From: an uncultured Bacteroidales bacterium
GTDB lineage: Bacteria > Bacteroidota > Bacteroidia > Bacteroidales > Paludibacteraceae
Assembly: GCA_902792835.1 (NCBI GenBank)
Contig: CADBAZ010000004.1
Coordinates: 1 to 55,389, forward strand
Reading direction: 5' to 3'
Length of the DNA stretch: 55,389 nucleotides
Shown: piece by piece, positions 43,492-53,341 of the stretch
How the letters are laid out: each line of letters begins with the position of its first letter
Numbering within the stretch: the stretch's first letter is position 1
Made by a program: the position numbers and the translations under genes
The notes under the pieces: generated by a model
Seen by the model: only the letters and a program-made list of their open reading frames with translations
What the model was told of the DNA's origin: nothing
The model's database searches: none

Positions 43492-44975
43492 CAAATGATT
43501 TTATCATCGAGGTAAATCACGTCTTCAAACAGTTTGAGGACGGAAAGTATGCCTTGAACGACGTGAGCCTTCAGGTTAAGAAAGGCGAGTTTGTAACAAT
43601 CTTGGGGCCTTCGGGTTGCGGCAAAACGACGCTACTGCGTTGCATTGCAGGCTTTCAGGTTGCCAGTTCGGGTGATATCCTGCTCAAAGGCGAGGATGTG
43701 ACAGCCGTACCGCCTTATCGCCGTCCGGTGAACACTGTATTCCAGAAATACGCCCTGTTCCCCCATCTGAACGTATTTGACAACGTGGCGTTCGGACTGA
43801 AGATGAAGAAGATGGAGGAAGAGACCATCGTGCGCAAGGTCAAAGCTGCCCTGAAGATGGCTAACCTGATGGGTTACGAAGATCGCGAGGTCGATACCCT
43901 CAGTGGCGGTCAACAGCAGCGTGTGGCTATAGCCCGTGCTATCGTCAACGAGCCGGAAGTTCTCCTGCTCGACGAACCGCTGTCAGCCCTCGACCTGAAG
44001 ATGCGCCACGACATGCAGATCGAGCTTAAGGAGCTGCACAAGCAGCTGGGCATCACGTTTATCTACGTGACGCACGATCAGGAAGAAGCACTCACGCTCT
44101 CCGACCGCGTGGTAGTGATGAGCGAGGGCAAGATTCAGCAGATCGGCACGCCTACCGACATCTACAACGAACCGCAGAACTGCTTTGTGGCGGACTTTAT
44201 CGGCGAGAGCAATATCCTGAGCGGCAGGATGATCAAAGACCGCAAGGTGATGTTCCTTGACCGCGAGTTCGATTGCATCGACGAAGGCTTTGACAAGGAT
44301 GAACCGGTTGATGTCGTAATTCGCCCGGAAGACATCTATATCTGGGACAAGGCGCAAGAGAAACGCGGACAGATCGTTGGTCAGGAAGACGACGACGTGG
44401 AGGATCGCGTGCCGAAAGGCAAGTTCACCAAGTGGTACGGGACGGTTGACACCTGTATCTTCAAGGGCGTACACTATGAGATGCGCGTACTCACGCCTGA
44501 CGGCTATGAGTTCCTTATTCAGGACTATCACGAGTACAAACCCGGCACGGAGATCGGCATGCTCGTCAAGCCCGAGGATATCCAGATCATGCACAAAGAC
44601 CACTATATTTACAACCGTTTTGCCGGTGAGGTAGTCAAACCCGGCAAGGTGCGTTTCCTCGATGCCGAGTGGGATGTGACGGAGGAAGAGACGACTCCGT
44701 TCAATGCAGGCGACGAAGTGGAGGTGGATGTAGCTTTCCGCGAGGTCGAACTGATGGACTACGAGGAGGAAGGCAAACTCTCCGGCGAGGTGCATTTCAT
44801 CCTGTACAAAGGCAACCACTACCACCTGACCATCCGCACGGATGCAGGCGATGACATATATGTCTATACGAACGATGTGTGGGACGACGGCGACCGCGTA
44901 GGTATAACCATCGCACCCGAACACATTCATCTGCGCAAACCCGGGCTTAGCGAGCCGAATGAACTGCTGAAATGA
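43488..44975 (+). CDS. potA: Spermidine/putrescine ABC transporter ATP-binding protein with extended C-terminal regulatory region
   Basis: [17 protein letters not shown] Walker [15 protein letters not shown] signature, [11 protein letters not shown] Walker B. 495 aa, longer than the roughly 380-aa enterobacterial PotA. Confidence 0.88.
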   Translation: MTNDFIIEVNHVFKQFEDGKYALNDVSLQVKKGEFVTILGPSGCGKTTLLRCIAGFQVASSGDILLKGEDVTAVPPYRRPVNTVFQKYALFPHLNVFDNVAFGLKMKKMEEETIVRKVKAALKMANLMGYEDREVDTLSGGQQQRVAIARAIVNEPEVLLLDEPLSALDLKMRHDMQIELKELHKQLGITFIYVTHDQEEALTLSDRVVVMSEGKIQQIGTPTDIYNEPQNCFVADFIGESNILSGRMIKDRKVMFLDREFDCIDEGFDKDEPVDVVIRPEDIYIWDKAQEKRGQIVGQEDDDVEDRVPKGKFTKWYGTVDTCIFKGVHYEMRVLTPDGYEFLIQDYHEYKPGTEIGMLVKPEDIQIMHKDHYIYNRFAGEVVKPGKVRFLDAEWDVTEEETTPFNAGDEVEVDVAFREVELMDYEEEGKLSGEVHFILYKGNHYHLTIRTDAGDDIYVYTNDVWDDGDRVGITIAPEHIHLRKPGLSEPNELLK

Positions 44976-45775
44976 GGAAGTTTACAGAAATAGCGTCCGC
45001 ACGCCGGACTTGGGCGTGGCCGTACGTATTGTTCTTGGTGCTGTTCGTCGTACTGCCCCTGCTGCTGATCTTCTACTATGCGTTCACCACGCCGGAGGGA
45101 GATTTTACCATCTATAACTTTATTAAGTTCTTCCACACCTCCGAGGCAGTGAACACGCTCATCTACTCCATGGCGATAGCGTTCATCACCACGGTTATCT
45201 GCCTGCTACTCGGTTACCCGGCTGCATACATCATGGCTATGGCGGAATTCAAAACCCCGCAAGTCATGGCGCTGCTGTTCATCCTGCCCATGTGGATTAA
45301 CTTCCTGCTTCGCACCATTGCTACGGTCGAACTATTCAACATGTTCGGCTTGCCGTTAGGTGAAGGAGCACTGCTGTTCGGTATGTGCTATGACTACCTA
45401 CCGTTCATGATCTATCCTATCTACAACACGTTGCAGAAGATGGATCGCTCACTCATCGAGGCAGCGCAGGATCTGGGAGCAAACAAAGTGAGCGTATTCA
45501 CCAAAGTGGTGCTTCCGCTCAGTATTCCGGGTATCTACTCGGGTATCGTGATGGTGTTCATGCCGACTGTTTCGACCTTTGCCATCGCCGAGCTGCTCAC
45601 GCACAACAAGATCACCTTGTTCGGTTCGCTCATCCAGCGCTCGTTCGGTGAGGGAGGTATAGCCATGTGGAATTACGGAGCAGCCCTGTCGCTGATTATG
45701 CTCATTATCATTGCCGCAACCTCGTTCTTTGACCAGGAGAACGATCGCGACGCACAGAAAGGAGGTCTGCTATGA
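44972..45775 (+). CDS. potB: Spermidine/putrescine ABC transporter permease
   Basis: Six-helix BPD-type permease with the [23 protein letters not shown] loop. Start overlaps the potA stop. Confidence 0.88.
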   Translation: MRKFTEIASARRTWAWPYVLFLVLFVVLPLLLIFYYAFTTPEGDFTIYNFIKFFHTSEAVNTLIYSMAIAFITTVICLLLGYPAAYIMAMAEFKTPQVMALLFILPMWINFLLRTIATVELFNMFGLPLGEGALLFGMCYDYLPFMIYPIYNTLQKMDRSLIEAAQDLGANKVSVFTKVVLPLSIPGIYSGIVMVFMPTVSTFAIAELLTHNKITLFGSLIQRSFGEGGIAMWNYGAALSLIMLIIIAATSFFDQENDRDAQKGGLL

Positions 45776-46686
45776 GTTTACAGGCAACAATGCAAAATGC
45801 AAAATGCAAAATGCAAATCGAAAGCAGTGCGATGCAAGAGGCACGTCGCCGTTCGCGAGAATTGGCTGCAAAACGTGTTGCCGGTCAGGCTTATCTATGG
45901 CTGCTGCTCATTGTGCTGTATGCACCGATATTTTTGATTTTTATATTCTCGTTTACACAGAGCAAGATTATCGGTAACTGGACGGGATTCACGTTCCATC
46001 TCTACGAGAATCTGTTCACCGGCTACGATGCCACAACGCACGTACGCGTTGATCCGAACCTGTACCGTGCTGTCGCTTTCACGGCAATCATCGCCTTTGC
46101 TGCGGCTACCATAGCCACATTGCTCGGCACGCTCGCTGCTATCGGACTGTACAATATGCGCTCACGTGCTCGCAAAGGGATCACGTTCCTCAACTCAATC
46201 CCGATGATCAACCCCGACATCTTGACGGGTATATCGCTGTTCCTGTTATTTGTGTTCCTGAACATCAGCCGTGGTTTTGTGACCGTACTGATCGCTCATG
46301 TGGTGTTCTGTACGCCCTACGTCGTACTCAGCGTAATGCCGCGATTGATGCAGATGAACCCGAACCTCTACGAGGCAGCTCTTGACCTTGGCGCCACTCC
46401 CGCCCAAGCCCTCAAAAAAGTCCTGCTGCCCGAACTCAAGCCGGGTATGATCAGCGGATTCATTCTCGCTCTAACGCTCAGTATCGATGATTTCGGTGTA
46501 ACGTTCTTCACCAAAGGCTCCAACGGTTTGGAAACCTTATCAACGTTCATCTATGCCGATGCACGCAAGGGAGGTTTGACGCCCGAACTCCGACCGCTGT
46601 TCTCGCTCATCTTCCTTACGATATTGATACTACTTATCATAATGAATATTCGTACAAACAAACAAATAAACAAACAAAAGAAATGA
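45772..46686 (+). CDS. potC: Spermidine/putrescine ABC transporter permease; N-terminal ~20-40 aa encoded by a heptanucleotide array, true start uncertain (45772, 45790, 45811 or 45832)
   Basis: EAALDLGATPAQALKKVLLP EAA loop. ATGA overlap with the potB stop at 45772. Confidence 0.85.
   Translation: MSLQATMQNAKCKMQIESSAMQEARRRSRELAAKRVAGQAYLWLLLIVLYAPIFLIFIFSFTQSKIIGNWTGFTFHLYENLFTGYDATTHVRVDPNLYRAVAFTAIIAFAAATIATLLGTLAAIGLYNMRSRARKGITFLNSIPMINPDILTGISLFLLFVFLNISRGFVTVLIAHVVFCTPYVVLSVMPRLMQMNPNLYEAALDLGATPAQALKKVLLPELKPGMISGFILALTLSIDDFGVTFFTKGSNGLETLSTFIYADARKGGLTPELRPLFSLIFLTILILLIIMNIRTNKQINKQKK
45783..45845. repeat. Heptanucleotide array with four perfect ATGCAAA units (GGCAACA ATGCAAA x4 TCGAAAG CAGTGCG ATGCAAG AGGCACG)
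   Basis: Perfect units at 45790-45817, read directly. Confidence 0.85.
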
Positions 46687-48023
46687 ACAAACAATTCAAA
46701 ACTCTGGTTATCCTTGTTATGGCAGCCTTGATGGCATGCCCTGTATTCACCCAAGCCGCTGACCGCGCACACACCCTGAAGGTGTATAACTGGGCGGACT
46801 ACATTGACCTCGACAACGTGCTGAACAAATTCCCTGAGTGGTATAAAGAGCAGACTGGCGAGGATGTTGATATCATCTATCAGACCTTTGACATCAACGA
46901 ATCGATGCTCACCGAGATCGAGGTAGGTCATGAGGATTATGACGTAGTATGCCCCTCGGAGTATATCATCGAGCGTATGATGCGTCGTGGATTGCTGCAA
47001 CCTATCCAGCGTAACTTTGGCAGCTTGCCTGACTACACACGTCTTGTAGCGCCGTTCGCACAACGTATGTTCCAGCAGATGGTCAGCGAGGAGGAGATGG
47101 ACGATATGTTGGCATCAGACTATACCGTAGGCTACATGTGGGGTACAACAGGTATCTTGTACAACTCCGCATTTGTTGATGAGGCCGACATCCGCTCGCT
47201 GGGAGGACTGCTCAACCCGAAGTTCAAGGACAGAGTATTCATGAAAGATGCTTTCCGCGATGTCTATTCAGTGGTTGTGCTCTACGTTTATCGTGACGAG
47301 ATTGCACGTGGTGAAGTAACCCGTGAGGACTTGGTAGGCAACGTCAACGACGAGCGTATTGCCCGCGTTGAGGAATTCCTGCGTGAACTCAAGAGCAATG
47401 TAGCCGGCTGGGAGGTTGACTTCGGCAAAGAGGAAATGGCGAAAGGCAAGAGCTGGTTGAACCTCAGCTGGTCAGGCGATGCCCAATGGGCTATCGACGA
47501 GGCTTCCGAGGTGGGTGTTGAACTCAAGTACCTTGTGCCGCAAGAGGGATCGAACGTTTGGTTCGACGGTTGGTGTATTCCGAAGTATGCCAAGAATGTC
47601 AAAGCCGCATCATACTTCATCAACTACCTCTGTATGCCGGAGAATGCTATTCTGAACATGGAGGAGATAGGTTACGTCAGCGTTATCGCATCACCTGAGA
47701 TCCTTGAGTGGGCAGACAATGCAGAGGACAATGCCGAGACCGTTGACCTCTCGTACTTCTTCGGTCCGGAAGCAACTGCCGTTCACGCTAACCAGGTGCT
47801 CTATCCCGACAAGAGCGTTATCGAACGTTGCGCACTTATGCACGACTGCGCCGCTAAGACCGGTGACATGCTTGATATGTGGAATCGCGTGAAGGGTGAC
47901 AACCTCGGCGGAAGCAGCCTGATGCTTATCGTAGGTATTGTGATCATACTGATCATCGCGTTCTTCGTCATCCTCGGTATCAACAAGAACAAACAGAAGA
48001 AGCTTCGCAGCCGTCGCCGTTAA
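46683..48023 (+). CDS. potD: Spermidine/putrescine ABC transporter substrate-binding protein with N-terminal signal/lipobox and an extra C-terminal transmembrane anchor
   Basis: PotD/PotF-type PBP motifs (VYNWADYI, GYMWGTTGILYN, LSWSGDAQWA). C-terminal GGSSLMLIVGIVIILIIAFFVILGI followed by NKNKQKKLRSRRR. Confidence 0.82.
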   Translation: MNKQFKTLVILVMAALMACPVFTQAADRAHTLKVYNWADYIDLDNVLNKFPEWYKEQTGEDVDIIYQTFDINESMLTEIEVGHEDYDVVCPSEYIIERMMRRGLLQPIQRNFGSLPDYTRLVAPFAQRMFQQMVSEEEMDDMLASDYTVGYMWGTTGILYNSAFVDEADIRSLGGLLNPKFKDRVFMKDAFRDVYSVVVLYVYRDEIARGEVTREDLVGNVNDERIARVEEFLRELKSNVAGWEVDFGKEEMAKGKSWLNLSWSGDAQWAIDEASEVGVELKYLVPQEGSNVWFDGWCIPKYAKNVKAASYFINYLCMPENAILNMEEIGYVSVIASPEILEWADNAEDNAETVDLSYFFGPEATAVHANQVLYPDKSVIERCALMHDCAAKTGDMLDMWNRVKGDNLGGSSLMLIVGIVIILIIAFFVILGINKNKQKKLRSRRR

Positions 48024-48024
48024 A

Positions 48025-48073
48025 CGGCTCTCGGCTCTCGGCTTTTGACTTTCGACTTTTGACTTTCGACTAA
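48025..48073. repeat. Seven in-register heptamers between potD and the TPR gene (CGGCTCT CGGCTCT CGGCTTT TGACTTT CGACTTT TGACTTT CGACTAA)
   Basis: Read directly. Ends 6 nt before the ATG at 48080. Confidence 0.85.
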
Positions 48074-48079
48074 CAAAAC

Positions 48080-51013
48080 ATGAATAGCAGGAAACTATTA
48101 CTAATCCTTGCGTTGTTCTGTACGCTTTCCGTCCACTCCAACGAGGTCGAGGACGGCTATCTTGCTGTCAAGCAGCAATACGAGCAGCGCGACAAGGGTG
48201 CAGCCCAAGCCTTGCAGGCGTACCTGAAGCGATACCCCTACACCACCTACACCGATGAAGTGAAGATGATGACGGGTGTGTTGCAGGTAGAATCCAAGCA
48301 CTACAAGAAGGCGTTGAAGAACTTTGAAGATGTGCAACTCAAGCGTTTGGCACGCGATCAGCAACCCGTATATATGTTCTATCGCGGCTATGCCTACCTG
48401 ATGATGGGTGATTACTCCAAGGCACTCACATTCTTCGACCTGTTGCGCCACAAAGATACTCCTTATACCCTCGCATCGCGCTACTACTATGCGTTTGCGC
48501 TGTATAAGACCGAACGCTACGGCGAGGCATTGCCTGAGTTTCTTGCCATCGAGCACACCGCACAGTATAGCGACATTGTGCCGTACTATATCGTGCAGAT
48601 CTACTACCAACAAGGTAACTTGGAGGAAGTGGAGCAACGTGCCGAGTATATCATGGAGGCGAACCCGGGCAATCCTAACAACGGCGAGATAGAGCGCATA
48701 CTCGGCGAATTGCAATTCCAGCACGGCGCGTATGCACAGGCTATACCGCACCTCGAGGCGTACGAGAAGAGTTTTACCGAGCAAAAGAAGGAATTGGTGC
48801 GCAACGACATCTACCTCTTGGGTATGGCGTATTTCCACACCGAGCAGTACGACAAAGCCACTACCTACCTGCGCAAAGTCAAACCGATGAACGATACAAT
48901 ATCCGAATCGGTAGCTTTGCACCTCGGGCACGCGTACGCGCGTACAGGATATATTGAACAAGGTAAGCTTAACTACGCTGCCGCTGTACGTTACGGCTTG
49001 ACGCCCAAGGTTACCGAGGAGGCAATGTACAACTACGCACTCTGCACCTACAAGAGCTCGTCGGCACTCGGCGAGAGCGTAACGGCGTTCACCGAGTTCC
49101 TGCGCAAGTACCCCAAATCCTCGCATACGACCACCATCCGCTCCCTTCTCTCCGACGCATTCCTGCGCTCGAAGAACTATCAGTCTGCCTACGATGCTTT
49201 GGCGCTGATTGACATCACCGACCCGAAGATGGAGCAGACCAAGCAATATCTGCGTTATCAGTTAGGTGCCGATGCATTCCGTCAGGGAAACATCCAGAAG
49301 GCGCAACTGTTCTTGCAGGAGATCCTGCGCCAACCCGCTCAGTACAATGCGTACAATGCTGAGGCTTGCTACCTGCTCGCCGAGTGCGCTTACCGTACGC
49401 GCAACTACAAGCAGGCAGGTGACTATCTCACCCGAGCCGAGCAGGAACCCGGCTGGAAGAACTCCCCGAACCGCGTGCAGGCTCTGTACCTGAAGGGTTA
49501 CACCTATTTCCAACAGCGCATGTACGTGCAGGCGGAAGCTACCTTGAAGGAGTTCGTCTCGCAAACGGAATCCACACAGCCTACCTACGCCGACGCCCTC
49601 AACCGCATAGGTGACTGCCAGTTCAATGCACGACGCTTCGACGAGGCAATCAAGACCTACCAGCAGGTCATCGACCTCGCTGCCACCGGAGCCGATTATG
49701 CTACGTTCCAAGCGGGCTATGCGTACGGACTCAAGCACGAGTATGTCAACAAGGCGGAGAAGATGCTGAGTCTCGTTACCACCTACCCGCAGTCCGACTA
49801 TGCCGACGATGCTCTCTACGAGATGGCGCGCGCCTATATTGAGAACAACCAGGAGGAATCGGCTATCATGGCGTACGAGCGATTGCTAAGCAACTACCCG
49901 AACTCCAACATGGCTCGCAAAGCCTCACTCGAGCAGGGTATGATCCATCGTAATCTCAAGCAGTACAATGATGCCATTACCGCCTTCAAGCGCACCATCA
50001 ACAACTACCCGGGCACCGAGGAAGCCTATGCCGCACTCGATGCACTCGAACAGGTGTACGTGGCAACGAACAATATCAACGAGTACTTGGCTTACACCAA
50101 GACGATCGGCAAATCGCAGATGCGCGTCACAACGGCTGAGGACTCCCTCACCTACGTTACCGCTGAACTGCAATATATGCTCGGCAACTACAAGGAAGCT
50201 GCTGCAGGTCTGACCACCTACATCACCCGTTACTGTAACGGCGGACGTTACTGCTCCGGCGCACATTACTATGCTGCCGACAGTTACTACCGCTTAGGAC
50301 AGATGAATGAGGCACTCGAGGAGTACGAAGCCCTCACCACGCTCACCGGTAACGCCTATATGGAGGAAGCCTGCCTGCGTGCTGCCGGACTGAGCTTCGA
50401 CAACAAGGATTACGAGCGCGCTGCACGACACTTTGCTCACCTGCAAGAGGTTGCATCTACCGAGAGCAACCGGCGCATAGCGCAGTTAGGTGTCTTGCGC
50501 TGTGCATCGAACATGGGCGATCAGCAGACTGTCATTCGCATCGCTACCGACATTCTTTCCACGGACAACATCTCCGAAGACATGCGCCAGGAAGCCCTCT
50601 ACTGCCGCGCCAAAGCGTACTTGAGCGCCAACAACAACGGGCTTGCTGTAGTCGATCTTACGCCGCTCTCCAAAGAGACCGTTACCGCCATCGGCGCAGA
50701 GAGCAAGTACCTGCTTGCGCAAGCGTACTTCAACATGGGAGCACTCGACATGGCGGAAGATGAGATTATGTCTTTCGCCCAGATGAATACCCAGCATCAG
50801 TACTGGCTCGCCAAGGCGATGATCCTGCTTGCTGACATAAGCCTCAAGAAGGACGACGTCTATCAGGCACAACAATATCTGTTTGCCCTGCAAGCCAACT
50901 ACAACGCTGAGGATGATATCCAAGGCATCATCGCCGAACGGCTCGCCACGATTGCTGCACAGCAACAGCCGGAGCAGACTGAACCGGATAGTACGGAAAC
51001 CACTGACGAATAA
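48080..51013 (+). CDS. Large tetratricopeptide-repeat (TPR) protein with signal peptide
   Basis: 977 aa with many A..Y/A...Y..A TPR-like helical repeats. Acidic C-terminal tail. Confidence 0.75.
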   Translation: MNSRKLLLILALFCTLSVHSNEVEDGYLAVKQQYEQRDKGAAQALQAYLKRYPYTTYTDEVKMMTGVLQVESKHYKKALKNFEDVQLKRLARDQQPVYMFYRGYAYLMMGDYSKALTFFDLLRHKDTPYTLASRYYYAFALYKTERYGEALPEFLAIEHTAQYSDIVPYYIVQIYYQQGNLEEVEQRAEYIMEANPGNPNNGEIERILGELQFQHGAYAQAIPHLEAYEKSFTEQKKELVRNDIYLLGMAYFHTEQYDKATTYLRKVKPMNDTISESVALHLGHAYARTGYIEQGKLNYAAAVRYGLTPKVTEEAMYNYALCTYKSSSALGESVTAFTEFLRKYPKSSHTTTIRSLLSDAFLRSKNYQSAYDALALIDITDPKMEQTKQYLRYQLGADAFRQGNIQKAQLFLQEILRQPAQYNAYNAEACYLLAECAYRTRNYKQAGDYLTRAEQEPGWKNSPNRVQALYLKGYTYFQQRMYVQAEATLKEFVSQTESTQPTYADALNRIGDCQFNARRFDEAIKTYQQVIDLAATGADYATFQAGYAYGLKHEYVNKAEKMLSLVTTYPQSDYADDALYEMARAYIENNQEESAIMAYERLLSNYPNSNMARKASLEQGMIHRNLKQYNDAITAFKRTINNYPGTEEAYAALDALEQVYVATNNINEYLAYTKTIGKSQMRVTTAEDSLTYVTAELQYMLGNYKEAAAGLTTYITRYCNGGRYCSGAHYYAADSYYRLGQMNEALEEYEALTTLTGNAYMEEACLRAAGLSFDNKDYERAARHFAHLQEVASTESNRRIAQLGVLRCASNMGDQQTVIRIATDILSTDNISEDMRQEALYCRAKAYLSANNNGLAVVDLTPLSKETVTAIGAESKYLLAQAYFNMGALDMAEDEIMSFAQMNTQHQYWLAKAMILLADISLKKDDVYQAQQYLFALQANYNAEDDIQGIIAERLATIAAQQQPEQTEPDSTETTDE

Positions 51014-51024
51014 ACGAGAGACGT

Positions 51025-52839
51025 ATGAAAAGACATCAGTTTATATTTCTCATAACACTGTTGCTACTGCCGCTGGCAGCCGCAGCACAAGATACTGTAT
51101 TGAACCGCAACGTCACCGTTGAACGCGACTTCCAGCCTATCATCAGTAGCGCAGGCATTGTCAGCGTCAAACCCGTTGTCGTGCAACAGGACTTCGAACC
51201 CGTTGAGGTTACTTACTCCGATTATTCGCAGTCGCTCTCGCCGGCGAAGAACATCAACCCGCTTGGCTGCTCGTACACCACATGGGAGCAGCCCAAACCG
51301 CTGCACGGGTACATAAACGGTGGCATAGGTCACACGAATACCGTCTTTGACTTCGGCTACCGCATGACGGACAAAAAGAGCAAGATCACCCTCGACGCCT
51401 TCGCGCATCATCGCGCTTCGTGGGGACGATACACGGTCGAGAAGACGAACTTCGGATTAGACATCACCAAGACGTTCTCATCAGCAGCACTGTACTTCGG
51501 TGCAGATGCCGAGAATCGCTTCTATACCTTCAGCGGACGATATGTGGATTCGCTCGGCGTGATGCATCTTGCTAAATACTCCGATCTCCGTCCCGAAGAC
51601 AAACTGCCACTATGGACGATCAATACGCACATCGGCGTACGTTCAACAGGCAAGGGTAATGTGCAGTACAAGTTGCAGACAGGCTACTCCGCGTTTCTGT
51701 ATGCTTCGGCGGCTACCGAGCATCAGATCCATACGCTGGGCAACTTGGAGTGGCATCGCGATGAGCATAAGGTCGGATTGAACCTGCGAGTCTCGAACTT
51801 CTTTATGAAGGTCAAAGACAACAGCGTAGCCGACTCACTCTACAACCCGCGCCACGCTATACGCATTGAGCCGTACTACGCTTTCGACCACAACCGTTTC
51901 CACGCGCACATAGGCGTGAACCTTGATATGAATATCGGCAAGGGTCAACTGCTCAGCGGCAACGAAAACATCTCGTTCGCTCCCTCGCCCAACGTGCTGT
52001 TGGAGTACGACATAGCCCGCAACTGGCTGGCTATCTACGGCTTGGCTTCCGGCTCCTTAGGCGAATGTTCGTTGCAGTCGCATGTGTACGGTTACCCGTA
52101 CCGCACCTTCCAGAGTGGCGTTACGTCGCATCACGTTGCAGGCTATATACCTGTGCAAGCACAACTCGGTCTGAAGATCCGTCCTGAGGCTAACCTGCTC
52201 ATCGACCTGCATGCGCGCTACGAACTCAAGCGCAACCAGTTCTCGGCGGCTACGCCGTACTACTGGGAAGTACGTCAGTTCCGTGACGGTCAGGGTAATA
52301 GCGATCCGCTCTTCGGCGATTACGTCTATTGCAACCTGCAGCGCTGGAAGATCGGCGCCGAGATCACTTACCACTACCAGGACATCGTGAACATCTTCGT
52401 TGCCGGAGCATTCTACACCGGCAGTATGGACAGCATTGAGGCGCCGCATGACTCGCAGAACAAAGCCATAGAAATGGCTTCGTTCAACGCCGCCGTACAT
52501 AATGCCAACGGCACATGGAAGATGCTCGATCGCCCGCGCTGGGATCTAGCCGTGAACATCGACGCGCGCATCAACCGCCAATGGACGCTCTACTCGCACA
52601 ACTACTTCGCAGGCAAACGCCAGACGCTGATGTTCGAGGAAACGACTGCCGGCAGATCGTACAGCATTGGCGTGCTCAGCCCCACGATTGACATCAATCT
52701 CGGCTGCGCGTATGAGTTCAACAAGTGGCTCAAAGTCTATCTCGAACTCAACAACGTTATCCACCGGCACAACGCAGCCTACTACGGCTACTACGATCCG
52801 GGCGTGAACTTCGTGCTCGGCGCATCGTACAAGTTCTGA
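51025..52839 (+). CDS. Outer-membrane beta-barrel protein, hypothetical
   Basis: Signal peptide ending AAAAQD. N-terminal NRNVTVERDFQPII motif. Amphipathic strand pattern. C-terminal ...GASYKF aromatic terminus. Confidence 0.55.
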   Translation: MKRHQFIFLITLLLLPLAAAAQDTVLNRNVTVERDFQPIISSAGIVSVKPVVVQQDFEPVEVTYSDYSQSLSPAKNINPLGCSYTTWEQPKPLHGYINGGIGHTNTVFDFGYRMTDKKSKITLDAFAHHRASWGRYTVEKTNFGLDITKTFSSAALYFGADAENRFYTFSGRYVDSLGVMHLAKYSDLRPEDKLPLWTINTHIGVRSTGKGNVQYKLQTGYSAFLYASAATEHQIHTLGNLEWHRDEHKVGLNLRVSNFFMKVKDNSVADSLYNPRHAIRIEPYYAFDHNRFHAHIGVNLDMNIGKGQLLSGNENISFAPSPNVLLEYDIARNWLAIYGLASGSLGECSLQSHVYGYPYRTFQSGVTSHHVAGYIPVQAQLGLKIRPEANLLIDLHARYELKRNQFSAATPYYWEVRQFRDGQGNSDPLFGDYVYCNLQRWKIGAEITYHYQDIVNIFVAGAFYTGSMDSIEAPHDSQNKAIEMASFNAAVHNANGTWKMLDRPRWDLAVNIDARINRQWTLYSHNYFAGKRQTLMFEETTAGRSYSIGVLSPTIDINLGCAYEFNKWLKVYLELNNVIHRHNAAYYGYYDPGVNFVLGASYKF

Positions 52840-52873
52840 TGACAAAAAGCAAATACTTAATAAGACAATAATT

Positions 52874-53335
52874 ATGAAACCATTAAACGAATTGACTATT
52901 GCGCTGGCAAGTGACCACGCAGGTTTTGGACTGAAATCCATGATTCAGCTCTTCTTGGAGCGCGAAGGTGCCAAGGTGAAAGATTTCGGTTGTCACTCGA
53001 TGGAGAATTGTGACTTCCCTGATTTTGCTCACCCGATGGCAACAGCGGTTGAGAAAGGTGAATGTGACTTAGGTATCGGCTTCTGCTACACCGGTAATGG
53101 TATGGCAATGGCCACGAACACGCATCCACATGTACGCGCCACAATCTGTTGGGAGTCACGTATGGCAGAGAACGCTCGCCGTTTCTTTGATGCGAACATC
53201 CTTTGTTTGCCGACCGGCTATGTAGCACCGGACAAGGCGCTGGAGATCATCCAGGCGTTTGTTACTACCGCTTATCAGGGCGGAGAGCGTTATGATCGTC
53301 GTATCAATCATTTGGCTAATCCTAATGTATATTAA
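52874..53335 (+). CDS. rpiB: Ribose-5-phosphate isomerase B (RpiB/LacA/LacB family)
   Basis: IALASDHAGFGLK, GFCYTGNGMAMATN and YQGGERYDRRI motifs; 153 aa. Confidence 0.9.
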   Translation: MKPLNELTIALASDHAGFGLKSMIQLFLEREGAKVKDFGCHSMENCDFPDFAHPMATAVEKGECDLGIGFCYTGNGMAMATNTHPHVRATICWESRMAENARRFFDANILCLPTGYVAPDKALEIIQAFVTTAYQGGERYDRRINHLANPNVY

Positions 53336-53341
53336 ATAAGC

